Assembly (NCBI GenBank): GCA_902776395.1
Contig: CACYQC010000001.1
Span: 1,419 to 65,418 of the forward strand
Direction of reading: 5' to 3'
DNA length: 64,000 nucleotides
From: an uncultured Lachnospiraceae bacterium
GTDB lineage: Bacteria; Bacillota; Clostridia; Lachnospirales; Lachnospiraceae
Below are positions 17,917 to 26,622 of the stretch, piece after piece. How positions within the stretch are numbered: the stretch's first letter is position 1; each line of letters starts with the position of its first letter. The notes beneath the pieces were generated by a model that saw only the letters and a program-made list of their open reading frames with translations, ran no database searches and was not told the origin of the DNA. The translations under genes and the position numbers were made by a program.

Positions 17917-18324
17917 ATGGCAACAAGAAATCATAATTTTCGCTTCAATCTTGATCGCGATGAAGAGAGAAGAGCCTGGGAAATCTTACATTCGGACTGT
18001 GTGGAGAATGACTTCAAGTCACATAATAGATTTGTTGTAAAGGCTATTAATGATTATTATGAACGGCATTTACAGGAAAAGGCTGATCCATATCTATCTT
18101 CACGAGAGAAAGAGGAAGCATTTATTGAGAGAATTATAGAAGCAGTAAATAGTAGGTTGTTTATATATTTGCCACAGCTTGTAGGTCAGTATATCCTGAT
18201 GTCTGGGTTATCCGGTATAAATGTAGGTACGTCACAAGTTAGTGCGAATACTATTCAGGAATCTGTATCTGTAAAATCTGATGTTCCGGAAGAAAATGAA
18301 CTACTTGATTTTGATGCATTTTAA
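17917..18324 (+). CDS. Hypothetical protein, candidate ParR-like adaptor
   Basis: Directly follows parM; N-terminal beta-strand/helix pattern NFRFNLD...FVVKAINDY; RBS aagggg. Confidence 0.55.
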   Translation: MATRNHNFRFNLDRDEERRAWEILHSDCVENDFKSHNRFVVKAINDYYERHLQEKADPYLSSREKEEAFIERIIEAVNSRLFIYLPQLVGQYILMSGLSGINVGTSQVSANTIQESVSVKSDVPEENELLDFDAF

Positions 18325-18341
18325 TGAGGGAGGAAAGCGTT

Positions 18342-18689
18342 ATGTTTAAAAAGAAAGAAACATACAGTAATATAAAACAGATCAATATCAGATTAAACAC
18401 TGATAATTATTATGATTTGGAAATATGGGAAAAACTTACTAAGGAACTTGAGGATTGTTATGGGTCAAAAAATGAACGCCTTAAGATGATACTATATTGT
18501 GGTCTTACTGGGGAAACATTTTATACAAATATAAGAAATCTTGAAGAGATAGCTGATAAGGCTGTCGATAAAAAAGATTTTGAACAACGTCTCGATGAAT
18601 TTAGGGAGTATATCCAATATATGGTGCGAGAGGAAATCAGAAGGGCTATAGAAAAGGAGAAAAGTGGTGCCGGAAACGGCACGAGTTGA
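18342..18689 (+). CDS. Hypothetical protein, possibly ribbon-helix-helix type
   Basis: RBS ggagg; QINIRLN motif resembles the N-terminus of the preceding ORF. Confidence 0.55.
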   Translation: MFKKKETYSNIKQINIRLNTDNYYDLEIWEKLTKELEDCYGSKNERLKMILYCGLTGETFYTNIRNLEEIADKAVDKKDFEQRLDEFREYIQYMVREEIRRAIEKEKSGAGNGTS

Positions 18690-18873
18690 CAAGCCCGGAA
18701 ACGGGCAGTTGAATATGGAACCGGTAATAATAGTAGTTTGTAGCTAATCGGAAAGAAGTGGCTACATTATACTGATTAAGTATAGCCTTGTAACATAAAA
18801 GAATTACGATAATGCTGATTCTGAGTTTGTTCAGGGCTTTTCATAATGATTTTGAAGTATGGTGTATGGATGC

Positions 18874-18984
18874 TATGAAGAATTCATATGAAACTCTAAT
18901 ATTAAAATACTATGAAAAGATTATATGAAATGTTTTTATGATAGTTCTATAAGAAATTAATATGAAGAGTTAATATTATACTTC
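18874..18984. repeat. Three degenerate 37-bp tandem units built from TATGAA-like boxes spaced 13/13/11 bp; candidate parC centromere
   Basis: Boxes at 18874, 18887, 18900, 18911, 18924, 18937, 18948, 18961, 18974. Confidence 0.6.
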
Positions 18985-19008
18985 TAGCAGAGGCCTCGCC
19001 GATTGAGA

Positions 19009-19066
19009 GCGAAATACACCCCTCGCACAAACCTGGCGGTTTATGCTCACGGGTATTTCGCCCTGC
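19009..19066. other. Candidate oriT
   Basis: Nested inverted repeat GCGAAATAC...AAACC-tggc-GGTTT...GTATTTCGC ending in CGCCCT, similar to the MOBQ nic context; upstream of the relaxase. Confidence 0.5.
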
Positions 19067-19301
19067 CGGGAGCTGAAAGCTGTTCAGATAACGAACAGCT
19101 TCCAAGCGTGGCTAAAAACTATAAGTGATGCTTCGGAGGTATAAGGTGCCTCAAATTGTTGAGGCACAGCCACGCTATATGTACAGTATTCTCGTCCAAG
19201 ATAAAACAAATCCCATTTGTTTTACTTGTTCTTCGAATCCTGTACGGAATATCGGCTATGATAACTTGTAAATTGAACATAATAATATATCCGATATTCC
19301 G

Positions 19302-19332
19302 GAAAAAGACCTGTCACTGGCAGGTCTTTTTC
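19302..19332. terminator. Bidirectional terminator-like hairpin upstream of the relaxase
   Basis: GAAAAAGACCTGTCA-c-TGGCAGGTCTTTTTC. Confidence 0.6.
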
Positions 19333-19403
19333 TATGCCCTGAGACATACCTCAGAGCATTATTGTACCCACGATAAACGAATGCGGAAAGGACGGTGATA
19401 GCT

Positions 19404-21188
19404 ATGCAGAGGCATTCATTTATACTGATGACGAAGCTCCCTAATGTAAAGGGGAGAATATCATATATTAAAAGCAGCAAGAAGCAGGAATACCTGTATG
19501 CAACATATGACACTGCTGATGGGAGCTTCTGGAGTGATCTCGCCAGATGCAACCAGACCGAATTTGCAAAGAATGGAACTACTGGTAAATGCATCGAGGC
19601 TCGAGAGCTTATTATAGCTCTTCCCGAAAGCTTTACTTCTTATAAAGAGAATCAGCTGCTGAAATACTTTGTAGATAAGTTCAAGGATAAATATGAAGTA
19701 GAGTGTGTTGCGGCACTTCATCATAATAAGAGAAAAACAAATTATCATATCCATCTTATCTTTTCAGAGAGGCGTCTGCTTGACGAACCCACTCTAAAAA
19801 TAGCCACAAGAAATATGTTTTATGATGAGAACGGCCGGCATGTCAGGACGAAAAAAGAAATACTGGATGAGGATGGCAATATACGGAAAAAATGCAAGAT
19901 AATAAAAAAGTGCGAGGTTTATGAGAAGATAATATTTGATAAGAAGGATGTACAGTTCAAGCAGGATGATTTTTTGGAAAAGGTGAAGGTTTTCCTTACC
20001 GAAGAAATAAATATGCTTGTAAAAAATCCTGATGAAAAGCTGAAGGTGTTTGACAGGAATGGTGTATACCTTCCGATGAAGAAAATAGGAAAGAACAATC
20101 CTAAAGCGGAAGAAATTCGTCAGGATAATGAGGAGAGAACCAGGTGGAATAAAAGTGTAGATCAGGCTCTTGTATCAGATGTAACAGAAAAGGAAATACT
20201 TGAAATAAAGAAAGAACATATAATCAAACCGGTAAAGGAATCAATAGAGCAGCAAGGAAACCAGCCGTCGCTTTTTAGAATTATATTAGGGAAAGCTATC
20301 TCATTACTTGAAAAGCTGATAATGAAGGTTAAGGAAGATGCAATTAAAGTAGCAGAAAAAGTAAAAGAAGCAGTTGTTACAAAGGAAGAGAGTAATGTTC
20401 AAACTGTAGAAGCTAAGGCAAGCAGCGTTGTAGAAAATGCAACATCCAAGGATGTAAAGAAGAATGTGAGAAATAACAGAATGCTGGATAGCGCGAATAA
20501 GAATTCAACAAAGGAAATTGAAAGAGATTCGGAAGCGGGAAAACAGAAATCAGAAAAACTATCAGATGATTTCTCAGAGAACCACCTTGTGGAGTTAATT
20601 GAAGAACCGGAAAAACCAGATGCGCCTTTACTGGAATATGATGTTAAAAAGCTGCTTGCTATATATGACATTTTACAAGATAAAAACGAGGAAATAGTGT
20701 CTGCACAGAAGAGGAAGAATAAGAAAATCCTTGAGCTGGATAATACTTCCAAATTCAATATCGTAAAAAGAAACAGCCTTTCGGTTGAAATACATAATCT
20801 TGAAAGAGATATAGAAGAAATGCAGGGTGAGCTTTCTGATACGGTTCAGAAGTATGGTTTTGATACAGTGCAGAGTTTTATGAAGGTATTACAGTCTGTA
20901 AAGAAAGCTGTAACGGATTATCAGTCGGATATGAAGATCTGGAAGGAACAGTGCGACCTCATTAAGTATTCAAACGACAAAATTTTATCCGGTGAATTGA
21001 CTTTGGATTTTGCAATAGAACTCTTAGAACAGAAGAGATATAAGGTTAAAACTGTTAAGAAGGACTTAAATGATATTCCGAAGGATAACAGTTTCTTTGG
21101 TAAACTATCCAGAGCAAAGCAAAGAGCGGAGGAGGATAATCAGAATCGTGAGGATAAGCGCTATGTCAGAAACAGAACGATTCGATAA
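19404..21188 (+). CDS. MobA/MobL-family (MOBQ) relaxase
   Basis: GRISYI, EARELIIALP, ALHH.....NYHIHLIFSER HUH motif; coiled-coil C-terminus. Confidence 0.85.
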   Translation: MQRHSFILMTKLPNVKGRISYIKSSKKQEYLYATYDTADGSFWSDLARCNQTEFAKNGTTGKCIEARELIIALPESFTSYKENQLLKYFVDKFKDKYEVECVAALHHNKRKTNYHIHLIFSERRLLDEPTLKIATRNMFYDENGRHVRTKKEILDEDGNIRKKCKIIKKCEVYEKIIFDKKDVQFKQDDFLEKVKVFLTEEINMLVKNPDEKLKVFDRNGVYLPMKKIGKNNPKAEEIRQDNEERTRWNKSVDQALVSDVTEKEILEIKKEHIIKPVKESIEQQGNQPSLFRIILGKAISLLEKLIMKVKEDAIKVAEKVKEAVVTKEESNVQTVEAKASSVVENATSKDVKKNVRNNRMLDSANKNSTKEIERDSEAGKQKSEKLSDDFSENHLVELIEEPEKPDAPLLEYDVKKLLAIYDILQDKNEEIVSAQKRKNKKILELDNTSKFNIVKRNSLSVEIHNLERDIEEMQGELSDTVQKYGFDTVQSFMKVLQSVKKAVTDYQSDMKIWKEQCDLIKYSNDKILSGELTLDFAIELLEQKRYKVKTVKKDLNDIPKDNSFFGKLSRAKQRAEEDNQNREDKRYVRNRTIR

Positions 21189-21283
21189 TGATTTTTTTTC
21201 TACTACAAGTTCAATGACAGATAAGAGAATTGGTGGTATGATGGTAAGGAATCTTAGGAGAATTGTGCCAGTGGAGGTAGTCT

Positions 21284-22837
21284 ATGGCTATATTTGATAT
21301 ACATGAATTTGATAAATATAAAGAGGACAACCGTAGAGAGGTTAAAAAGGCGAAGGAGAATATTCCCGTAAATATGTGGGACACATATTCTGCCTTTGCG
21401 AATTGCTATGGCGGTGTGATAATTCTCGGTGTCAAAGAAAGAGATGATGGTACATGGTATACAACCGGACTGAAAAATCCAAGAAAGCAGCGTAAGCAGT
21501 TCTGGGATGCTATAAATGATAAGAAGAAGGTTAGTATAAATCTTCTCAAGGAAACAGATGTCGAAACCTATGAGGTGGATGGGGATACTATCATGGTTAT
21601 CCATGTTCCAATGGCAAAACGTGAGGAGAAACCGGTATATATCAATGACGATCTTTTCGGTGGCACATATCGTCGTAACTGGGAAGGGGATTATCGATGT
21701 ACTTCGCTTCAGGTAAAAGCAATGCTTAGGGATCAAACTGAAGAAACATATGATATGACTGTTCTTGATAAGGTATCAATAAAGGATCTTAATTATGACA
21801 CGATACATTCCTACAGAAATCGTCATCAGTTATTAAAGCAGGGACATCCGTTTGAGGGCTATAGTGACGAAGAATATTTGAGATGTATAGGTGCAGCTGC
21901 TATTTCAGATGAAGATGGAAAGCTTCATCCTACCGCTGCCGGTCTTTTGATGTTCGGAAATGAATTCGATATAGTTCGACAGTTCCCAGATTACTTTCTT
22001 GATTATAGGGAAGAGCTTGATCCTTCTATAAGGTGGACAGACAGATTTGTTTCAAGTTCAGGAGACTGGTCGGGAAATCTGTGCGACTTTTATTTTCGTG
22101 TTTATAACAAGCTTCAGAAATATATAAAAGTTCCGTTTAAAATGAGCGGTGGGGATCGTATTGATGATACTCCAGTTCATAAGGCCTTGCGTGAGGCTAT
22201 CGCAAATTGTCTTATAAATGCTGATTTTTTCGGAAAGTTTGGAATCATTATCAAAAAAGAAGAAGATATTATTACACTTGAAAATCCCGGTTATATAAGG
22301 CTTGGCAAACATCAGATGCTTCGCGGGGGATTATCTGATCCGAGAAATAAAGCAATAATGAAAATGTTCAATATGATTAACATCGGTGAGCGTGCAGGCA
22401 GTGGAGTTCCAAATATATTTCAAACCTGGGATGCGGCAGAATGGGTAAGTCCGGTTGTAGAGGAGCAGTTTAATCCGGATAGAACCATCTTAAGGTTGTC
22501 TTTTGTTAGTATGAGTGATAATGGGATTGAAACTACCCAAGCTCCCACCCAAGCTCCCACCCAAGCTCTCACCCAAGCCCTTACCCAAGCTCCTACCCAA
22601 GCTTATGGAACAGGATATAAAAATGAGGTGGTGCAATCGGTTTATAGTCTACAGGAGCTGGATTTAAGGATAGTAAATGCTATGAAAACTAATCCATATA
22701 TATCTCAGAGCAGACTGTCGGAAGATTTAAATGTTAATTTAAATACACTAAAGTATCATGTTCAGAAGTTAAAAAGAGATAATGTTATTGGCAGAGAAGG
22801 ATCGTCTCAGAAGGGACGATGGATTATAAATATATAA
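21284..22837 (+). CDS. Schlafen/AlbA_2 + HATPase-like + C-terminal HTH protein
   Basis: EDNRREVK, SAFAN..GGVIILGV, ALREAIANCLINAD, ERAGSGVP, C-terminal HTH ending GRWII. Confidence 0.85.
   Translation: MAIFDIHEFDKYKEDNRREVKKAKENIPVNMWDTYSAFANCYGGVIILGVKERDDGTWYTTGLKNPRKQRKQFWDAINDKKKVSINLLKETDVETYEVDGDTIMVIHVPMAKREEKPVYINDDLFGGTYRRNWEGDYRCTSLQVKAMLRDQTEETYDMTVLDKVSIKDLNYDTIHSYRNRHQLLKQGHPFEGYSDEEYLRCIGAAAISDEDGKLHPTAAGLLMFGNEFDIVRQFPDYFLDYREELDPSIRWTDRFVSSSGDWSGNLCDFYFRVYNKLQKYIKVPFKMSGGDRIDDTPVHKALREAIANCLINADFFGKFGIIIKKEEDIITLENPGYIRLGKHQMLRGGLSDPRNKAIMKMFNMINIGERAGSGVPNIFQTWDAAEWVSPVVEEQFNPDRTILRLSFVSMSDNGIETTQAPTQAPTQALTQALTQAPTQAYGTGYKNEVVQSVYSLQELDLRIVNAMKTNPYISQSRLSEDLNVNLNTLKYHVQKLKRDNVIGREGSSQKGRWIINI
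22535..22603 (+). repeat. Six in-frame 12-bp tandem repeats (ACCCAAGCTnnn) encoding TQAP/TQAL
   Basis: Copies at 22535, 22547, 22559, 22571, 22583, 22595. Confidence 0.9.
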
Positions 22838-22924
22838 CATTATTGTATCGAATGAGGAGGATATATCAAAGCGACACTCTTTTTTCTTTCGGAGTAAAAA
22901 CATTTTTCATTTTCAATATAAAAG

Positions 22925-22997
22925 TTGACAAATACATAAAATATGATAGATTTATCTGTGGAAGCAATGGCGTTTCATCTTAAAAAGGTGAGACGCC
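22925..22997 (+). promoter_or_regulatory. Promoter and structured leader with ANTAR-like hexaloop overlapping a hairpin
   Basis: TTGACA 22925, TGaTAGATT; AAGC-AATGGC-GTTT overlaps GGCGTTTCATCT-taaaa-AGGTGAGACGCC. Confidence 0.5.
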
Positions 22998-23021
22998 TAT
23001 CTTATTTGAGGGGAGTACGAA

Positions 23022-23477
23022 ATGCTTATTTATAAGTGGACCGATGGAAATGATAAGGATTTTCAAAGATTTTATCTAAAAACTGAAGAATATTACAGTA
23101 GTATTGTGGGTGGAATAGAAAATAGAAAAGGCTTTATTCCATATAACATATCTGAAAGCATAACAGAGGTGCTTATTGCATATATTGATGATGTTGCTGT
23201 TGGTTGTGCTGGATTAAAAAGGTATTCTGAAACGGATGTTGAGATTAAAAGAGTCTGGATTGAACCAGAAGAACGAGGACATCATATAGCGTTAGATATG
23301 ATGGCTCAGATTGAAGAAAGAGCTTCAAATGATGGCTATAAAAGAACCATTTTACAGACTAGAGAAATAATGGAAGATGCGGTAGGTTTATACAAGAAAC
23401 TTGGATACACTCAGATAGATAATTATCCGCCATATGACAAACTGGATGGGGCAATCTGTTTTGCAAAAGAGCTTTAG
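23022..23477 (+). CDS. GNAT-family acetyltransferase
   Basis: VGCAGLK..VEIKRVWIEPEERGHHIA, AVGLYKKLGY. Confidence 0.88.
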   Translation: MLIYKWTDGNDKDFQRFYLKTEEYYSSIVGGIENRKGFIPYNISESITEVLIAYIDDVAVGCAGLKRYSETDVEIKRVWIEPEERGHHIALDMMAQIEERASNDGYKRTILQTREIMEDAVGLYKKLGYTQIDNYPPYDKLDGAICFAKEL

Positions 23478-23486
23478 AGGAGAAGA

Positions 23487-24203
23487 ATGATGTCTAAACC
23501 AATTATAGGTGTAATGCCGTTATGGGATGATGAAAAGAATAGTTTATGGATGCTTCCCGGATACTTTGAAGGGCTTACCCAGACGGGAGGTATTCCAATA
23601 ATGCTTCCGCTTACAAATGATGAGACAGAACTTGATCAGCTTATGGAAATGTGTAACGGGTTTTTGTTTACCGGAGGTCATGATGTTTCTCCGGATTTAT
23701 ATGGAGAGGTTCCATTAAAAGATATGGTCAGCAGCTGCAGAAAACGTGATGAAATGGAATCATATATTCTGAAGAAAGCTATTGAGGCTGATAAACCTGT
23801 ATTGGGTATATGTAGAGGCATACAATTTATAAATGCAGCTCTTGGAGGTACATTATATCAGGACATTCCCACACAATATGAAACTGATACTGAACATCAT
23901 CAGAAGCCGCCATATGATATTCCGGCTCATAAGGTAAATATTATAAAGGATTCTCCTCTGTATAAATGTATCTCAGCAGAACAGATAGAAGTAAACAGTT
24001 ATCATCATCAGGCGGTTAAGGATGTGGCTCCGGAACTGAAGGTTATGGCGGTGTCAGAGGATGGACTGGTTGAGGCATTATATATGCCTGAACAGCGTTT
24101 TCTCTGGGCTGTGCAGTGGCATCCTGAGTTTTCTTATAAGACAGATGTTAATAGTAGAAAAATATTTCAAGTATTTATAGAAACTGCTAATTCAATTGAA
24201 TAA
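23487..24203 (+). CDS. Gamma-glutamyl-gamma-aminobutyrate hydrolase family (peptidase C26, PuuD-like)
   Basis: GGHDVSP, PVLGICRGIQ, VNSYHHQAV, AVQWHPE. Confidence 0.92.
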   Translation: MMSKPIIGVMPLWDDEKNSLWMLPGYFEGLTQTGGIPIMLPLTNDETELDQLMEMCNGFLFTGGHDVSPDLYGEVPLKDMVSSCRKRDEMESYILKKAIEADKPVLGICRGIQFINAALGGTLYQDIPTQYETDTEHHQKPPYDIPAHKVNIIKDSPLYKCISAEQIEVNSYHHQAVKDVAPELKVMAVSEDGLVEALYMPEQRFLWAVQWHPEFSYKTDVNSRKIFQVFIETANSIE

Positions 24204-24235
24204 AGCTTGAAAATTATTATAAATAAGAGGTTTAC

Positions 24236-25234
24236 ATGATTACATTAAACGATTATTTGTTTTCCGGTGATACTGTTCTAAAAATTCTTCTTCAGTATTC
24301 CACAAATTTGAAGGATGAGGCAATTAAAAATCATAATCCAATAGATATGGCACATAGCAATTTTCTGATTCAAATTATTGAAATCCTTGAACATACAGAA
24401 TTCCTTACATCACAGTCTCAGAGGATAAATGAGTTCTATATGTATATGGCTAATAAGTATCCATTTCTTGCATTTACATTTAAGGGAAGAATTAAATCGC
24501 TTATACGTGCAGAGGAAAAGTTCAATGGTTATATATTGGAATACATTCATGATTATTATAAAGCAAATGGAAGATTTCCGAATGAAGCTGAGATAAAGAA
24601 TAATCTTAATTGTTTCAGAGACTTGATTGCGTATCGAATAGTTATTTCGCTACCATTGTGTCATGTATCAGAACAAGAAAATGTTGAGGAACAAGAATTT
24701 AAGTACTTATATGAAATAGCAAATGTACTTCCGGAATTTCTTGAGGAAAGGGGCTTTACTGCGGAGCTTTCAGGCCTTTCTGATAAGAATGGCTCAAGGT
24801 ATCTATCAGAGAATAATCTGCCTTATTACAGAGATTATGTTCAGACACCTCGTGCATCAGGATATCGATCTCTTCACATTACATTTTATGATAATTTTGC
24901 TAGATGTTATACAGAATTACAGCTTAGAACAAAGGATATGGATGATCTTGCGGAGATTGGAAGGGCAAATCATTTTGGATATGAGAAACAGCAGGAGGAA
25001 AATCGTAGTAAAAGAGATATGATTCCCGAGGGAAAGAGTAAATGCTTTGACGAAGCATACGAGAGGCTTATAAAGCTTCAGGAGCTTGATCTGGCATCTA
25101 TAAATGTAAATATGTTTAAGGCATATAATAATCAACTGATAAACGATGGCTGCGGTTTATTTAGAGGCCGTCAGATTCTCCCTTTTGAACATTTATCGAG
25201 ATTTCAGAATGATAATGAAGTCGGTAAATTGTAA
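24236..25234 (+). CDS. RelA/SpoT synthetase-domain protein (small alarmone synthetase-like)
   Basis: GRIKS, DLIAYRIV, RDYV..P..SGYRSLH, ELQLRT; no hydrolase domain. Confidence 0.82.
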   Translation: MITLNDYLFSGDTVLKILLQYSTNLKDEAIKNHNPIDMAHSNFLIQIIEILEHTEFLTSQSQRINEFYMYMANKYPFLAFTFKGRIKSLIRAEEKFNGYILEYIHDYYKANGRFPNEAEIKNNLNCFRDLIAYRIVISLPLCHVSEQENVEEQEFKYLYEIANVLPEFLEERGFTAELSGLSDKNGSRYLSENNLPYYRDYVQTPRASGYRSLHITFYDNFARCYTELQLRTKDMDDLAEIGRANHFGYEKQQEENRSKRDMIPEGKSKCFDEAYERLIKLQELDLASINVNMFKAYNNQLINDGCGLFRGRQILPFEHLSRFQNDNEVGKL

Positions 25235-25255
25235 GTATTAGCGAAAGGAGTTTTT

Positions 25256-26452
25256 ATGGTTACATGTAGAGATATTGTGAACCTTAAGTTAGATGGGGTG
25301 GAGCTTGTTGCGGGTGAGGCTGGCCTAAACAGGGTAGTATCATGGGTTTATCTCGTACAGACAAAACCTTATGAAGATCATATGAACCAGGGAAACTTTG
25401 CACTCATTGTTGTGGATTATGTTCGTTTTGATTTTGATGAAGTTGAAAAAACCTTAGAAGAATTAGTGAAGCTCGGAATCTCAGGACTTGGTCTTTCTGT
25501 CGTTGATGATAGAGAGAAAATCCCAGGAAGTATCATTAGAAGGGCAAATGAATTGGAACTGCCACTTTTTTATGTGAGGTGGGAGGGGGCTTCTTTCGTC
25601 GATATATCTCAAAGTGTAGGAAAACTGATTACTGAAACAGATGTTATTAATAAAAGAACGGGGGATTATCTGTATAATTTATTGTTCGGTTATGATGTAA
25701 ATGATAGATATGTTGATAAGATATCCGGACAGTTTGGCTTAGATTTTAGTAAGCCTTATAGAGTCGGGATTATTGCAGTCGATAGAACATACGGAGTGAA
25801 TCTGGAGCAGGATGAGCATATATATGAGTATTATGCGAACTGCCTTAACCAGGAGGTTCTCAAGATGAAGGGGCATCCTATGTTCATGCGATTTCTTAAT
25901 AAATTTGTTCTTTTGTTTGAAGCAAGATCTGATAAAGAAATTGAACATGAGATAGAGAAAATGTTAAAATCACTGGACCAAAATCCATCGTTTAAAGGGT
26001 TGATTCAGAGTACATGTATATTAGGTGCAGCGTATACTGATCCAAGAAAGTACGGACAGAGCTATCAGGAAGCAAAGAGTCTTATTCCGAAGAAGGATCT
26101 GTTACCTAATCCGTCTCATAAGAAGGTGTTAAGTGTCAGCACCATGGGTATATATAAATATATGTTTCATGGTGATAATCAGAGAGAGATACTGGATTAC
26201 TGTAACAACAAGCTGGATAAGTTGGAAAAATACGATAATGCTAACGGTGCATTTCTTGAAGAAACCCTACTTTCGTATTACATGAATGGATTTAATACGG
26301 TAAAGACTGCAGAAGCTTTATTCATTCATAGGAATACACTTATTAACAGGTTGGAAAAGATTGAAGAAATACTGGGAATAGAATTAAATGATTATATGGA
26401 ATATCTTGATCTTATAAACTGTATTCTTGTAAAAAGATTTATGTTTTTATAA
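25256..26452 (+). CDS. PucR-family transcriptional regulator
   Basis: N-terminal LVAGEAGLNRVVSWV; C-terminal TAEALFIHRNTL.NRL.KIEEILG. Confidence 0.92.
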   Translation: MVTCRDIVNLKLDGVELVAGEAGLNRVVSWVYLVQTKPYEDHMNQGNFALIVVDYVRFDFDEVEKTLEELVKLGISGLGLSVVDDREKIPGSIIRRANELELPLFYVRWEGASFVDISQSVGKLITETDVINKRTGDYLYNLLFGYDVNDRYVDKISGQFGLDFSKPYRVGIIAVDRTYGVNLEQDEHIYEYYANCLNQEVLKMKGHPMFMRFLNKFVLLFEARSDKEIEHEIEKMLKSLDQNPSFKGLIQSTCILGAAYTDPRKYGQSYQEAKSLIPKKDLLPNPSHKKVLSVSTMGIYKYMFHGDNQREILDYCNNKLDKLEKYDNANGAFLEETLLSYYMNGFNTVKTAEALFIHRNTLINRLEKIEEILGIELNDYMEYLDLINCILVKRFMFL

Positions 26453-26457
26453 AGGAC

Positions 26458-26523
26458 TGTGCAGGTTGTACAACAAGAGTGTGCAGATTGTATATTGTAA
26501 AATAAAGATGATATGATTAAAAT
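26458..26523 (+). promoter_or_regulatory. Two PucR-type boxes 22 bp apart next to a promoter
   Basis: TGTGCAGGTTGTACA (26458) and TGTGCAGATTGTATA (26480); TTGTAA-17 bp-TAAAAT. Confidence 0.6.
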
Positions 26524-26532
26524 GCAGACTAT

Positions 26533-26580
26533 GCAAAGGCGCTGGAGAAACAGTAAGGTTTCAACCGGCGCCTTTTGTGT
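26533..26580 (+). promoter_or_regulatory. Leader terminator with ANTAR-like GC-AAAGGC-GC loop in its 5' arm
   Basis: AAAGGCGCTGG...GAAAC-agtaag-GTTTC...CCGGCGCCTTTT. Confidence 0.55.
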
Positions 26581-26622
26581 TAGGAAGAGGTCATTACCAG
26601 GATGGCAAGAAGGAGGGAAATT

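Noticed and set aside
19156-19594. ORFs 19156-19398 (+) and 19256-19594 (-) as mobC-like genes
   Set aside because: No RBS or RHH signature; they run across hairpin/terminator DNA or antisense to the relaxase.
22955-23000. Fluoride riboswitch
   Set aside because: Superficial ATGGCG...CGCCTA similarity, but the pseudoknot pairing and conserved joining nucleotides are missing and downstream genes do not fit.
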